Below are positions 38,058 through 49,100 of a stretch of DNA of 64,000 bases, one piece after another. The translations under genes and the position numbers were made by a program. Positions within the stretch are counted from its first letter, which is position 1. Every line of letters starts with the position of its first letter. Where the stretch lies: contig CAWJCS010000003.1 of assembly GCA_963841435.1 (NCBI GenBank), forward strand, positions 448,001 to 512,000. Reading direction: 5' to 3'. Below the pieces are notes generated by a model. It worked only from the letters and a program-made list of their open reading frames with translations, was not told the origin of the DNA and searched no databases. The stretch is from an uncultured delta proteobacterium. GTDB taxonomy: Bacteria; Myxococcota_A; Polyangia; Polyangiales; Polyangiaceae.

Positions 38058-39191
38058 CTAGAATGCGCCGCGAAGCGCGGCTCCCCAGGTGCCGCGCTCC
38101 CCGACAATGGGCTCGGCGCTGAAATGGAGCGAGCGGCTTGCGCTCCTCGCCTTTTCGCCTCCGTGTCCGGAGAGGAAAAGGTAGCTTGCGCTCGCGAGCG
38201 CCGCGACCCCGACGCTCGCACCGACGAAGGCCCAGGTCCGAGCCGTGCGCGCTTCATCCACGAGCCGCGCGTGCTCTATGATTTCGTACTGGGTGCACCC
38301 CACCCCGCTCGGGCAAAGGTCCTGCGCGTCTCCGTTGGAGGTGCGATACCTGACACCGAACCAGACGCCGGCGGCGACCCCAACGACGCCGGCCGTGCCG
38401 AGCGTGTAAGCCGCAATGCGGCGACCGGGTCCGGACGAACGCGCGTCCTCTCGTTTCCGCTGCGCTGGCGGAGCCATCCGCGCTGGTGCGGCGCTCGGTG
38501 TCTGATGTGCGTCCTCGAGCGAGGGAATCGCGAGGGCATACGTCGTGCCGGGATCCTTCACCTCGAACGTCTTGGACCAGCTGCGCTTTTCTTCGGCGGA
38601 GACCGCGACGACGTAGTGACCCGGGTTGACCGGCAGGGACTTTCCCCAGTCGGCAGGCGCGATCGGCTCGTCGTTCATCTTCACCTCGGGACTCTGCGCG
38701 CGGGTCTTTTCGTCGACGTCGACGCGGACACGCGAGAGAGTGGGAGCAACGGCCAGCATGCGTTCCCTGGCGACCGCGGCGCGGTCGAGCTGTCCTGCCT
38801 TGAACGAGCGCAGTGCTACCTTCTCGAAAAGCTCGTAGGCGCTCGCCGTGCGACCGAGGGCCTGCCAGCAGCTCGCGAGGTGGAACGAGGTCCCGAGCGC
38901 GTCGTAAAGCGTAAGGCTCGCCTCGAGCTTCTGACAACCGAGCTCGTAGCTACCGCTCTCGACGAGAGCGACCCCCGCATTGAAGAGGGTCTCCGCCCGA
39001 GCCTTGTCTTCGGCCGGAGCCGCGGTACTGGCCGCGCCATCACGAACCCGTTCCGCGCTCGCCGGCGCGCTGCTCTCGGCGCGACCTGGCCGCGCGCAAA
39101 ACAGGGTCGCCCCGACCGCAACGACACTCGCAAGTCGCACGACGCTTCCCTGGGTGCCGGCTCGGCGCCCGTACCACTTTCGGATCGTCAT
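38058..39191 (-). CDS. Exported TPR + PEGA-like protein
   Basis: GCQKLEAS..GTSFHLASCWQALGRTASA, LPVNPG; start coupled to the kinase stop. Confidence 0.75.
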   Translation of the reverse strand: MTIRKWYGRRAGTQGSVVRLASVVAVGATLFCARPGRAESSAPASAERVRDGAASTAAPAEDKARAETLFNAGVALVESGSYELGCQKLEASLTLYDALGTSFHLASCWQALGRTASAYELFEKVALRSFKAGQLDRAAVARERMLAVAPTLSRVRVDVDEKTRAQSPEVKMNDEPIAPADWGKSLPVNPGHYVVAVSAEEKRSWSKTFEVKDPGTTYALAIPSLEDAHQTPSAAPARMAPPAQRKREDARSSGPGRRIAAYTLGTAGVVGVAAGVWFGVRYRTSNGDAQDLCPSGVGCTQYEIIEHARLVDEARTARTWAFVGASVGVAALASASYLFLSGHGGEKARSASRSLHFSAEPIVGERGTWGAALRGAF

Positions 39192-40803
39192 CAATCCATT
39201 CCGGAGAAAAGAGCGTTGGCGTCCAGCGTTGCGGACGGCCTTTCAGTGGCGGGCCGGGGAGCCAGATCGAGGTCAGGCGCCGGGTTTGCCGATTTGGTCT
39301 GCAGACGCGGCGACGGCGCGCGCGCGACGGGTGCCGGGGCGGGCGGCAGCTCCGCAACAGCGGGGTGAGGCGCGCGCGGGCGAGCAACGGGAGCGCCCCG
39401 AGGAGCCGACGCCGGCGCAGGTGCGGTCACGGACGCGGTCGGCGTGGCCGCGGCGGCGAGAGCGGTCGACACGGGCGCGGGGGCAACCGCCGGCTCACCA
39501 ACGCGCGCCGCGGGCGGCATGGCGGGGATCATGCTGCGCATGAGCAACATCGTGATCGCGGCCGCACCGATCCCGATGCTCGCGCCGGCGAACAGCAGCG
39601 TGAGACCCTGCGTGCCGGAGCTCGCCGATCGCGCGTTGTCGTCGGGAGGCGGCGGCCGCGAGCGCACGAGCGCCGTGCTGCGCCTGTGAGAGGCCGGCGG
39701 CGGCATGCTGCCCGGAAGTGGCGGTGGCCGCGTCGTCCTGGCGATGATCCGCTCCATGCGGCTCACGGATGCGCGTGCTTCCGAGGATGCGAAGGGCGAC
39801 AGCGCTACCGCGAGGTCCACGACGCTGCGCGGTCGGGCCTCGGGGTCCTTCTCCAGGCAGGCGAGCACGAGCTCTTCCAGTTCGGGTGGGAACGTCCTGC
39901 CGGAAGAGGTGCAAGGGGCTCGCCATGTCCGCCGCAATCATGGCCAGGAGCGCCATCGGCGTCTCTGCACGGAACGGAGGCGTGCCCGTGATGAGCTCGT
40001 AGAGGATGGCGCCGAGTGCCCAGAACGTCCACGCGCGCGTCGAGCCCCGCTGGGTTGCGGATTTGCTCCGGCGCCATGTACGCTAGCGACGCCTGTGCCC
40101 CCGTGCCGAGCGGCATGCTCAGCCCATCGGTACCGAGCCAGTCCGGAACGAACGGATCGGACACTCCAAAGTCGAGCACTCGCACGAGCGGAGCACCGTC
40201 GGGACGACGCTCGACGAAGATGTTCGACGTGCTCAGCGTTCGATGCAAGACGCCCGCTGCATGGGCTTCCGCAAGGGTCTCGCAGACCGCGAGCGCCACG
40301 TCGGTCGCCTCGGAGACCGGCAGCGGACCCCGCACGCGCAGGATCTCGCTGAGCTCGGGACCATTCGGTAGCTCCGCCGCGCGGTACGGTGCCCCCGAGT
40401 CGAGATGGCCGAAATCGACGATGCGCTCAGCGTGGTCGCTGCGCATCTCGCGAGCCTTTCGCGCGCCGCGCTGAAAGCGGGCGACGGCCTCCGGAGACGC
40501 TGCGGCCTCGGCCGTGAGATGGCGGAGCTGCACCTTGAGGCCGAGCTCGGAGTGTCGTGCCTGGAGGACAACCTCGTGCGCAGTTCGCGCGATCTCGCGT
40601 TCGACCAGGTAGCGGCCGACGATCATGCTGCCGACATCGGACGGTCGTGTCGTGCTCCGCGGCACGCGTTGGGACGGGCGTACGCGCTGCGCGTTTTCCC
40701 GCGGCGGGTCCGTCAAGAGCTCGTGGTCGAAAACCTTCTCCCCCTCGTCCTCGTAGTCACGAGCGCCCGCGGGGTGCAGCGGGTCGTGTTGGTCGGGCGA
40801 CAT
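39191..40803 (-). CDS. Membrane-anchored Ser/Thr kinase-like protein (pseudokinase); two frameshifts (~40024, ~39889)
   Basis: RFQR.AR, HRTLSTSNIF, VLDFG, YMAPEQ; shifted frames give DVWALGAILYELITG.PPF and ELEELVLACLEKDPEARP; C-terminal TM. Confidence 0.8.
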
Positions 40804-40946
40804 GCGGTACACCATCACTCCGCGGCCAACCTACACCACCGATCGGCGCCCGCCAGCGACAAATCGGCGTCAGAAACGCCGCGGGAAGGGTCGCTGTTTG
40901 GCCTCGACCGGCACTCCAAGTTCACAATGGACGGCAAGCCGTCACT

Positions 40947-40961
40947 TTCCGGAATACGGAA
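40947..40961. promoter_or_regulatory. Palindrome TTCCG-N5-CGGAA
   Basis: TTCCGgaataCGGAA in the divergent kinase/TBDR intergenic region. Confidence 0.6.
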
Positions 40962-41070
40962 ATAGGGACGAGTGATCACGCGTGGTCCCGAGTCTGGAGT
41001 TGCGGGCAGTCCACCAGCCCGTAGTCGGCTAATGGCTCGTCCCGACACAGCGGTAGAGAGTTTTCCCTCG

Positions 41071-41090
41071 ATTCACCGCACCGTCACGGA
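41071..41090 (+). promoter_or_regulatory. Pho-box-like direct repeat
   Basis: TTCAC (41072) and GTCAC (41083), 11 bp apart, ~30 bp before the TBDR start. Confidence 0.4.
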
Positions 41091-41117
41091 GAGCGTGCAA
41101 GGGTGCGGGCCCCTCGG

Positions 41118-44100
41118 ATGGCGCCGACGCGTTCCATCGCCGCTTTCACTTGCTTCATCGCCACCGCGATGCTGTCGCACTCATTGCGTGCAGAGAACGA
41201 ACCGCCCAAGGGCGCGCCGCCCGCGAGCTCCGACAAGGCGCCCAGCGGCTCGGCGCCCGCTCTACCCGAACCGGGAGCTACCGGAGAGGACGAAGTCGGG
41301 GAGGATGACGTGGCCGACGGCGAGGGGGACGAAGTCACGGTGGGCGCGGACGAAGGAAAAGCCGCACCCGACCAGCACGAGGACGATTCGAGCGACAGAG
41401 GAGACTTGGACGACGAAGCGCTTCTAGAAGGCGAAGACCCGGCGCGCCCGCCGCCGAAGGGCAAGGGTGCGGTGTGGGGGGTGGTCACGGAGGATGAGTT
41501 CAAGGAGACGCTCGTCGAGGCGACCGTTCAGGTGCTCGGCAACAAGACGACGACGTACACGGACGTGGACGGGCGCTTTCGCCTGGAATTACCGCCAGGT
41601 ACGTACAGCCTTCGCGTTTCCTACGAGCTCCACAAATCCACGCGCATCGACGGCGTCACCATCGTCCCGGGCAAGGTCATCCGCCTGGATACCGAGCTCG
41701 TACACGATCAGGGCGCCGTCAACGTGTTCGAGGTCGCGGAGGAAGCCGACAAGAGCACGCTCGAGGGGTTGATCCTGGCTCGGCAGAAAGCGACGATCGT
41801 CGGCGACAGCGTCGGGCGCAGCGACATCAGCAAGACGCCCGACCGCAACGCCGCTCAGGCGGCGCAGCGCGTGGTTGGCGCGACCATCGTGGGCGGCCGT
41901 TTCGTCTATGTGCGCGGTTTGGGTGATCGCTACACGGACGCGCTGTTGAACGGCGTCCCGCTCCCGAGCCCCGAGCCCGATCGCACTGCCGTGCCGCTCG
42001 ACCTGTTCCCGACGAGCGTTCTCAACAGCATCACCATCGCCAAAACGTTCACCCCGGACTATCCTGCCGATTTCGCGGGCGGCTCGATCCGGATCGAGAC
42101 CCGCGAGATCCCCCGCGAGCCGCTGTTCGAACTGTCCCTGAGGGGGGGCTACAACACGAACACCACATTTCGCGAGCGCCTCACGTATCGAGGTGGGGGG
42201 CTCGATTGGCTGGGAATCGACGACGGGACGCGAGCCCTTCCGGACGGTTTCCCCAAGGATTTCGTCGGCCCGAGCTACCCGGCCGACCAGCGTACCGCCG
42301 CCGGGCGCAGCATCAACACGTACATGAGCACCACGAAGAGCGGGACCCCTCCGGATCACTCGCTGTCCGTGGTGGCCGGCAACTCCTGGGACTTCGGCAA
42401 CGATCGCAAGCTCGGCGCGCTCGGGACGGTCAACTGGGGACGTTCCTACACCGTGCGGCGCGGCGAAATCGTGCGCATCTTCACCCCGAAGACGCCGAGC
42501 GACACGACCGAATACCACCTCGCGCGCGACTACAAGGCGAGCAGCGGCAACGTCCGAGTCAACTGGGGTGGCTTCGGTAGCGTGACGTACGGCTTCTCGG
42601 CGCAGCACCGGTTTTCCTTGACCGGCATCCACACGACGACCACCGACGACCGCGCGCAGATCCTCACGGGGTTTCACAACGTCCGCAACGCCTACGTCTA
42701 CTCGTCGCGCCTCGCCTTCGTCTCGCGCAACCTCAACGTCGGAATCTTACGCGGTGAGCACCGCTTCCCGAGCCTCAACCACGCAGAGCTCGACTGGAAC
42801 CTCGTGCTCTCGTCGGCGACGCGCAACGAACCGAACCGGCGCGACACCGTCTGGTCCGATGCGGCGGACACCGCACAGCGCACGTACGTCTACGTCGACG
42901 CCGCCGAAAGCGGCCGCCACTTCCACGCCGATCAGACCGAGATTCAGCGCGGCGGCGGCGTCGACTGGAGCCAGCCGATCGGACGCGCCGAGTCGAAGCT
43001 CAAGCTCGGGGGCCTCGTGAGCCTTAGAGATCGCGACTTCAATTCCCGCGTGCTCTCGCTACGCCATCGCCCGGGCGCATCGCCTCTGAACAACCCCGTG
43101 CTGGCCTGCCGCACGGGTAACGTCAACGCCTGCAACGACACGCTGTTCGTCAACAACGACATCGGCAGCACCTCGGCGGAGGCGCTGCAGCTGGTCGAGG
43201 CGCGCAACGACGGCGATCGCTACGACGCGTCGCTCGACGTCCACGCGGGGTACGTGATGGCCGACCTCGAGCTCGGCAAAGCCTTTCGGGTTCTCGTCGG
43301 CGAGCGCATCGAGCACACCCGGCAGGTGATCGAACCGTACAACGCTTCTGGTGTGAAGGATCCGACGCTGAGGGCGGACATCAACCAAAGCGACCTCCTG
43401 CCCGCCGCGAGCGGGAGCTGGAGCGTCAGCGCCAAATCCAAGCTTCGGCTCGCGGTCGCCCGCACGCTCGCTCGCCCGCAGCTTCGCGAGCTCGCGCCGT
43501 TCACCTTCCAGGACTACTTCGGTGGCCGGGTAGAGGGTGGAAACCCGGATCTGAAGCTCACCAACATCACCAACCTCGACGCGCGCTTCGAGCATTTTCC
43601 TACCCTGCGCGAGGTGCTGGCCTGCAGCATCTTCTTCAAGGACTTTCGCAACCCCATAGAGCAGATCATCAAGGCCGGTGGCGACGAAGGCTCCGTCACC
43701 TACCAAAACGCAGAAGGGGCAACACTCTTCGGTATCGAGCTCGAGGCTCGCAAAGGGTTGGGCTTCCTGCACGAAGCCCTCTCGAATTTCAGTGCCTCCA
43801 CCAATCTCACGTTCGCGCGGTCGAAAATCGCGCTGAGGCCGCAAGAGTCGATCGCGCTCGCCAACCTGTCCCGAGCGATGGTCAACCAGGCGCCATGGGT
43901 GCTCAACCTCTCCTTGAACTACCTCGGAGAGAAGACCAGAACGAGCGCCACGCTGCTCTTCAACGTAGCCGGCCCGCGGATCGCGACCGTTGGTCCAGTC
44001 GGCCTCGACGACGTCTACGAGCACGCGCGGAGCATGCTCGACGCAAGCGTGCAGCAGGGCATCGTCGACCACCTAGACGTCAAGCTCGAAGCAAGAAACC

Positions 44101-44255
44101 TGCTAAACTCTGCCGTGCTGCTGACGCAGGGGTGCGGCAACGACGGGCTGTTCCAGAACACCTGGCATTTCAGCTGCTCGAAGGGGAAAGGCGAGGCCGT
44201 CAGCTATTACACCGAAGGCGCGACGTTCGACGTCACGGCCAGCTACGGGTTTTAG
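41118..44255 (+). CDS. TonB-dependent receptor with acidic N-terminal extension and carboxypeptidase-regulatory-like domain
   Basis: TDVDGRFRLELPPGTY; plug FVYVRGLGDRY..LNG..LPSPEPDR.AVPLDLFP; GNPDLK; C-terminal YGF. Confidence 0.93.
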   Translation: MAPTRSIAAFTCFIATAMLSHSLRAENEPPKGAPPASSDKAPSGSAPALPEPGATGEDEVGEDDVADGEGDEVTVGADEGKAAPDQHEDDSSDRGDLDDEALLEGEDPARPPPKGKGAVWGVVTEDEFKETLVEATVQVLGNKTTTYTDVDGRFRLELPPGTYSLRVSYELHKSTRIDGVTIVPGKVIRLDTELVHDQGAVNVFEVAEEADKSTLEGLILARQKATIVGDSVGRSDISKTPDRNAAQAAQRVVGATIVGGRFVYVRGLGDRYTDALLNGVPLPSPEPDRTAVPLDLFPTSVLNSITIAKTFTPDYPADFAGGSIRIETREIPREPLFELSLRGGYNTNTTFRERLTYRGGGLDWLGIDDGTRALPDGFPKDFVGPSYPADQRTAAGRSINTYMSTTKSGTPPDHSLSVVAGNSWDFGNDRKLGALGTVNWGRSYTVRRGEIVRIFTPKTPSDTTEYHLARDYKASSGNVRVNWGGFGSVTYGFSAQHRFSLTGIHTTTTDDRAQILTGFHNVRNAYVYSSRLAFVSRNLNVGILRGEHRFPSLNHAELDWNLVLSSATRNEPNRRDTVWSDAADTAQRTYVYVDAAESGRHFHADQTEIQRGGGVDWSQPIGRAESKLKLGGLVSLRDRDFNSRVLSLRHRPGASPLNNPVLACRTGNVNACNDTLFVNNDIGSTSAEALQLVEARNDGDRYDASLDVHAGYVMADLELGKAFRVLVGERIEHTRQVIEPYNASGVKDPTLRADINQSDLLPAASGSWSVSAKSKLRLAVARTLARPQLRELAPFTFQDYFGGRVEGGNPDLKLTNITNLDARFEHFPTLREVLACSIFFKDFRNPIEQIIKAGGDEGSVTYQNAEGATLFGIELEARKGLGFLHEALSNFSASTNLTFARSKIALRPQESIALANLSRAMVNQAPWVLNLSLNYLGEKTRTSATLLFNVAGPRIATVGPVGLDDVYEHARSMLDASVQQGIVDHLDVKLEARNLLNSAVLLTQGCGNDGLFQNTWHFSCSKGKGEAVSYYTEGATFDVTASYGF

Positions 44256-44455
44256 CGGCACGACCGCGGTCAAGAGTGGTCGCGAAGGGTCCGTGATCGA
44301 CACGAGGCCGTCGGGCGCTCGCGCGCCGACCGGTGTTCATCCAAGTATCATCGCGTCGACGCCATCCGGAACCGAAAAAGTTTCAGCGACTGACGCACCG
44401 GTCGCCCCGAGTCCGCGGTAAGAGGCTGCCTCGCATCGGCGAAAGGGAAACATTC

Positions 44456-46009
44456 ATGGTCACCGCTCGAGCTTTGGCGATGGTGCTTGCGATCACTTCC
44501 ACCGTGGCGTTCGTTGCTTGTGGAGACAACAGCGACGACAAGCCGCCGTCCGGCACGGGCGGTAGTGGGGGTAGCGGCGGCAAAGGCGGCTCGTCGAGCG
44601 GCGGCAAGGGCGGCTCGACCTCGAGTGGCGGCAAAGGCGGCGGTTCCTCGAGCGGTGGCAAGGGCGGCTCGGGCGGTGGCTCGAACTCGAGCGCCGGCAA
44701 GGGCGGCTCGGGCGGTGGCTCGAACTCGAGCGGCGGCAAGGGCGGCTCGGGCGGCCAGGCGGGCGTGCCGGACAACCAGGGCGGCACGGGGAACGTGCCG
44801 AGCGGCGAATGTGACTTGAGCGGCGAAGGCCTCCCCACCGAGACGCTCCCGACCGACATCGACTCGGACCTGGAGTTGACGAACGACAAGGTGTGGATCA
44901 TCGAGGGCTTCGTCAAAATCCACCCGGGCGCGACGCTCAAGATCCCGGCGTGCACTCGTCTCGAGGGGACGGAGGCGCCGAATCCCGGCGTCCTCGTCGC
45001 CATGCGCGGCGGGCGCCTCGAGGCCGTGGGAACCGCCGACGAGCCGATTCTGTTCACGACTCAGAAGCCGCCAGGTTCGCGCGCGGAGGGACAGTGGGGC
45101 GGCGTCGTCCTGCTTGGTCGCGCCAAGATCGGCGCGGGAACGCCCACCAAGATTTACGAAGGCCTGACCGACGACGACTACACGTACGGCGGCACCAACG
45201 ACGAGGACGACAGCGGTATCCTCCAATACGTGCGCATCGAGTTCGGCGGTTACGAGATCCTGCCCGACAAGGAAGTGAACGGCCTCTCGATGGGGGCGGT
45301 CGGGAGCGGCACCACGATCGATCACATCATGGTGACGAACACCTCGGACGACTGCTACGAGTGGTGGGGCGGCAGCGTCCGCGCCGACTACCTCATCTGC
45401 AACAATGCGGGTGACGACATGTTCGACACCGACGAGGGCTACCTGGGCGGTGGCCAACACTGGTTCGGACGGCGCACGACCGTGGGCGTCATCAGCTCCC
45501 TCGATCCGAACGGCTTCGAGTGGGATGGGACCGAAGGCGGCGTCACCCTCGAACCCGTCACGCACGTGACCGCGACCGACGTGACGCTGTGTGGGACGGG
45601 CGAGCCCATCGGAGAAGGTGGTGGCTCGAGCCCGGAATACGGCATGGTGCTTCGCGAGCTCGTGACGGGCGACATCGACGACCTCGCGCTGCTCGGCTTC
45701 GAGTACGGCATCGACGCCCGCGACAACTTCCAGGCAGACCAAGTCACGATCAAGAACTCCGTGTTCTTCGGCCTGGGAAATGCGGTTGGCGCGCCCGACG
45801 TTGACGACAACGACGGCATGTTCGACGACGCCACGATCTTCACCGGGGACGCCAGCAACGAGCTCGATCCCGATCCGCTACCCTTCACCCTCGATCAGTG
45901 CAACGCGCAAGGTGGCCCGAGCTCCGAAGTCTTGGAATCGGACATCGGCGCCTTCGCTGGCGACGCCGACTGGATGAAGGGGGCGTGGGTCGACTGGGCG
46001 GAGGACTGA
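44456..46009 (+). CDS. Acidic lipoprotein partner of the TBDR (beta-helix-like domain) with Gly/Ser/Lys linker
   Basis: Lipobox VAC; (GGKGGS)n linker; WGGVVLLGRA, DDSGILQYVRIEFGG, EVNGLSMGAVGSGTTIDHI, DDCYEWWGG. Confidence 0.75.
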   Translation: MVTARALAMVLAITSTVAFVACGDNSDDKPPSGTGGSGGSGGKGGSSSGGKGGSTSSGGKGGGSSSGGKGGSGGGSNSSAGKGGSGGGSNSSGGKGGSGGQAGVPDNQGGTGNVPSGECDLSGEGLPTETLPTDIDSDLELTNDKVWIIEGFVKIHPGATLKIPACTRLEGTEAPNPGVLVAMRGGRLEAVGTADEPILFTTQKPPGSRAEGQWGGVVLLGRAKIGAGTPTKIYEGLTDDDYTYGGTNDEDDSGILQYVRIEFGGYEILPDKEVNGLSMGAVGSGTTIDHIMVTNTSDDCYEWWGGSVRADYLICNNAGDDMFDTDEGYLGGGQHWFGRRTTVGVISSLDPNGFEWDGTEGGVTLEPVTHVTATDVTLCGTGEPIGEGGGSSPEYGMVLRELVTGDIDDLALLGFEYGIDARDNFQADQVTIKNSVFFGLGNAVGAPDVDDNDGMFDDATIFTGDASNELDPDPLPFTLDQCNAQGGPSSEVLESDIGAFAGDADWMKGAWVDWAED

Positions 46010-46015
46010 CTCCGG

Positions 46016-46044
46016 ATCCCAAAAACGGATTCCGAAAATCGGAA
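46016..46044. promoter_or_regulatory. Palindrome TTCCG-N5-CGGAA (46030) with an adjacent degenerate copy
   Basis: TTCCGaaaatCGGAA preceded by ATCCCaaaaaCGGAT. Confidence 0.6.
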
Positions 46045-46192
46045 GCGGCCGAGCGGTGTGTGCCGTGGGGCCTCGAGAGCCCCGACCCGGCGCAGGACGA
46101 CGCGCTGCGCCGCGTCTCATTCACGATCATGTTGCGTGCGCGGTGCGGCGTGCACGGGTACTCGGTGCAAACACCATGCGAGGTCTCTCACG

Positions 46193-49100
46193 ATGACCCG
46201 GCGGGGAAACGCATCGACGAGGGGCGCGCGCTTTCCGGCGGCGCTCGTCTGGCTCTTCGGGATTGTGCTCCCGGCGAGCCATGCTTGTTTCGCAGAACCG
46301 AGTACCCACGACACGCCACCGGTCGCAGAGGCCGGCTCAGGGGGAACTTCGGGGTCATCGCACGCTGGGTCGACGACCAGCGGCAGCGGGGGAAATCCCG
46401 GCACCAACCCTCCCCCGTTTTCGGACGGTGGCGAAGATTCGGGCCCACCGGGCCCGGGTGCAGGCGGCGAACCAGAGACGATTGGCTTTTCGTGCCACAA
46501 GCCGTCGGGGGAGCCGTTGCCTGCGCGCAAATCCGTCACGTCGAACGATGCACCTGCCACTCCAACGGATGAAACGATCACCGTCACGAAAGCGAGCCTG
46601 TTCGCCGAATTCCAAAACCTGACCTGCGGCACGGAGGGTTGTCACGGCGGTGGCAACGACCCGAACGCCCAGTCGCCCGACGCGTTCACGACGACCATCG
46701 CTTCGTTCGACGAGCGCCCCACGCTCGGCACCGACGCGCTCGAAAGGATCCTGTCGCCCGACCTCGATGTGGTGATGCCCCCAGGCTCGGAGGACGGCTC
46801 GAAGCGGGGACCGAACGATCGCTACCGGCGCTTCGGGGAGCGCTTGCTCGCATGGCAAGCGGCGGGCTTCCCGGATGCGTTCGAAGTCAGCGCCACCGGC
46901 GATCCGATCGACACCAACCTACCGACCGATCCATACGTTCTGGCGCCGCGGGTCGCCACCGCGCTCACGAACATCGGAAGTTGCGTCCCGAGTCAACCAA
47001 CCTCGCTGACGACGGCCGGCGACGAGATGCGGGCGAAGGATGCGCTGTTCGCGGCGGCGCGCACTATCGACGACCTACCGGATACGATCTTCGAGACCGA
47101 CCTCGTGAGCCTGGATTCGTCCGTGCTCGCTCGCCGAGGCGTGTGGAGCTACGCGCCCACCTATCCGCTGTTTTCGGACAACGCCGGCAAAATGCGCTAC
47201 GTCCGCGTGCCCGTCGGCGAGTCCATCCGCTACGACAGCGACCGGCGCGACTTCGTCATCCCCGACAACACGAGGTTCTACAAGACGTTCCTCAAATCGG
47301 TCACCGACAAGGCCGGCAACGTCGGCTATCGAAAAATGGAGACGCGGCTGATCGTCGTCCGGCAGGACGAGAAGCTTGCAGATGGCGGCTATCGCCAGCA
47401 CGCGCTCTTCGCCTCCTATGCCTGGGACAAAGACGAGCGCATGGCACGCCGCGTGACGGACCCGCTCAGGAATGGTCAGCCGTTTGCCGACCGCCTCTGC
47501 CCCTACGTCGTGGACGAACGGGTGACGCGCGACCCCGAAAAGAACCCCATCAGCCCACAGATCAGCGAGACGTGCACCTACATGACCCAGGCGGAGCTGG
47601 CGGATCCAGGCTCCGGACGGATCCGGCACTACGCCATTCCGGGCACGGATCGCTGCCAGCAGTGTCACATGGGCTCGAGCAGCCACTCCTTCATCCTCGG
47701 TTTCAACCCGTATCAGGTCGACCGCCGTCGCGACGGCGAGGGCGGCATCTACGAAACGCCGCACGACGACGAGCTGTCGCAGCTCTCCCGCCTCCTCGAC
47801 TACGGGGTGGTGTCGGGCATCGAGCCGGGCGAGGTGAAGCTCGAAGAGTCGCAAGGGTCGCGCACGCCCCGCAACGACTACGAGCTCAAGGCGCAGGGCT
47901 ACATGATGGGCAACTGCGCCTTCTGCCACATTCCGCACGGCTATCCGGTGGTGCAAAATCCGGTCTTGAAAGGCTTCGAGCTTTTCCCCAATCCAACCAC
48001 CGGCGGCATTTTCCAGTTCTCGCTCGAACGTTACTCACCCCGAGCCAAGGGCGGGGCGGAGCAGCTCGTTAAGATCCCGTACGTCTCGCCCGCCTTCGGT
48101 GACCTGAGCTTCGCCGATACCACGAATGTATCCGGTGCCACCGAAAAGACGTTCGAGCTCTCCGTCGCCCCCGTGATCGACGCGGACTCTTATCCCATCG
48201 ATTGGGATCCCGTCACTTTCCAGTTCACCCTCCTCGGACCCTGGCGAAGCTTGATCTGGCGGAACACCTACACGCCGTTCACCTACCAGGAAGACGGGGC
48301 CATTTACGTTCATATGCCGCGCAATGCGCCAGGCTTCGACTGTCGCGTGCAGCACATCATGGCCGAGTGGATGCTCAGCATCCCCACTCAGCCGAAGCCG
48401 CTCGGGCTTTTGACTCGCGACTACGACCAGCCAGTCGTCGAGGTCACAGAAGAAAACGCCGACGACTACAATTACAAGGCCGCGATCTACGACGCCGCGC
48501 GCCGCGTCAAGGAATACAACCAGGGGGTCACGGGGAACTGGTGCCCGAACGACGACGATATTCTCGACCCCAGAGTCGTTCTCACTCCGATCGATGCTGT
48601 CACCGGGAAGCCCAAAATCGTCTCGCCCCCGGACGAAGGCATCGGCGGGCCGCGCATCGTACCGGACTATCCGGACCCGGGCAGGCTCGCCGACAACGTT
48701 CCGGATCACGCCCACTGGGTCGTCACGGACATCACCGATCCCGCAGATCGCTGGACTCCTCGGCTGCCAACTTGGAGCAAGCTCATCGCCACCCGTGAGC
48801 AGGCCCCACCCGAGGCACTCGTGGGAGTGGTCGACGAGCTCCAGAAAGTGCACGCTTCCGACGAGTTCCGTGACTTCGCGCGTGAGCCGTTGCCCATGGG
48901 CCTTTGGCACGAAGACTGCCAGTCGCAACCGGAGGTCGCTGCCTTCCCGGAGGTGCGCGAGGTGTCTCTCGACGAGCAGGGCGGCGCGCTGCGGCGCTGG
49001 CTCAACGGCGGCGTGTTCGAAGAAGACGCCGGTGCGCCGGGGACGAAGAAAGTGCACTTCCAGAGCCGCGGGGAGGCGGTGTTCCGCGCGATCTGCCAGA

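Noticed and set aside
44560-44760. Repetitive DNA as a mobile or non-coding repeat
   Set aside because: It simply encodes the GGKGGS linker of the lipoprotein
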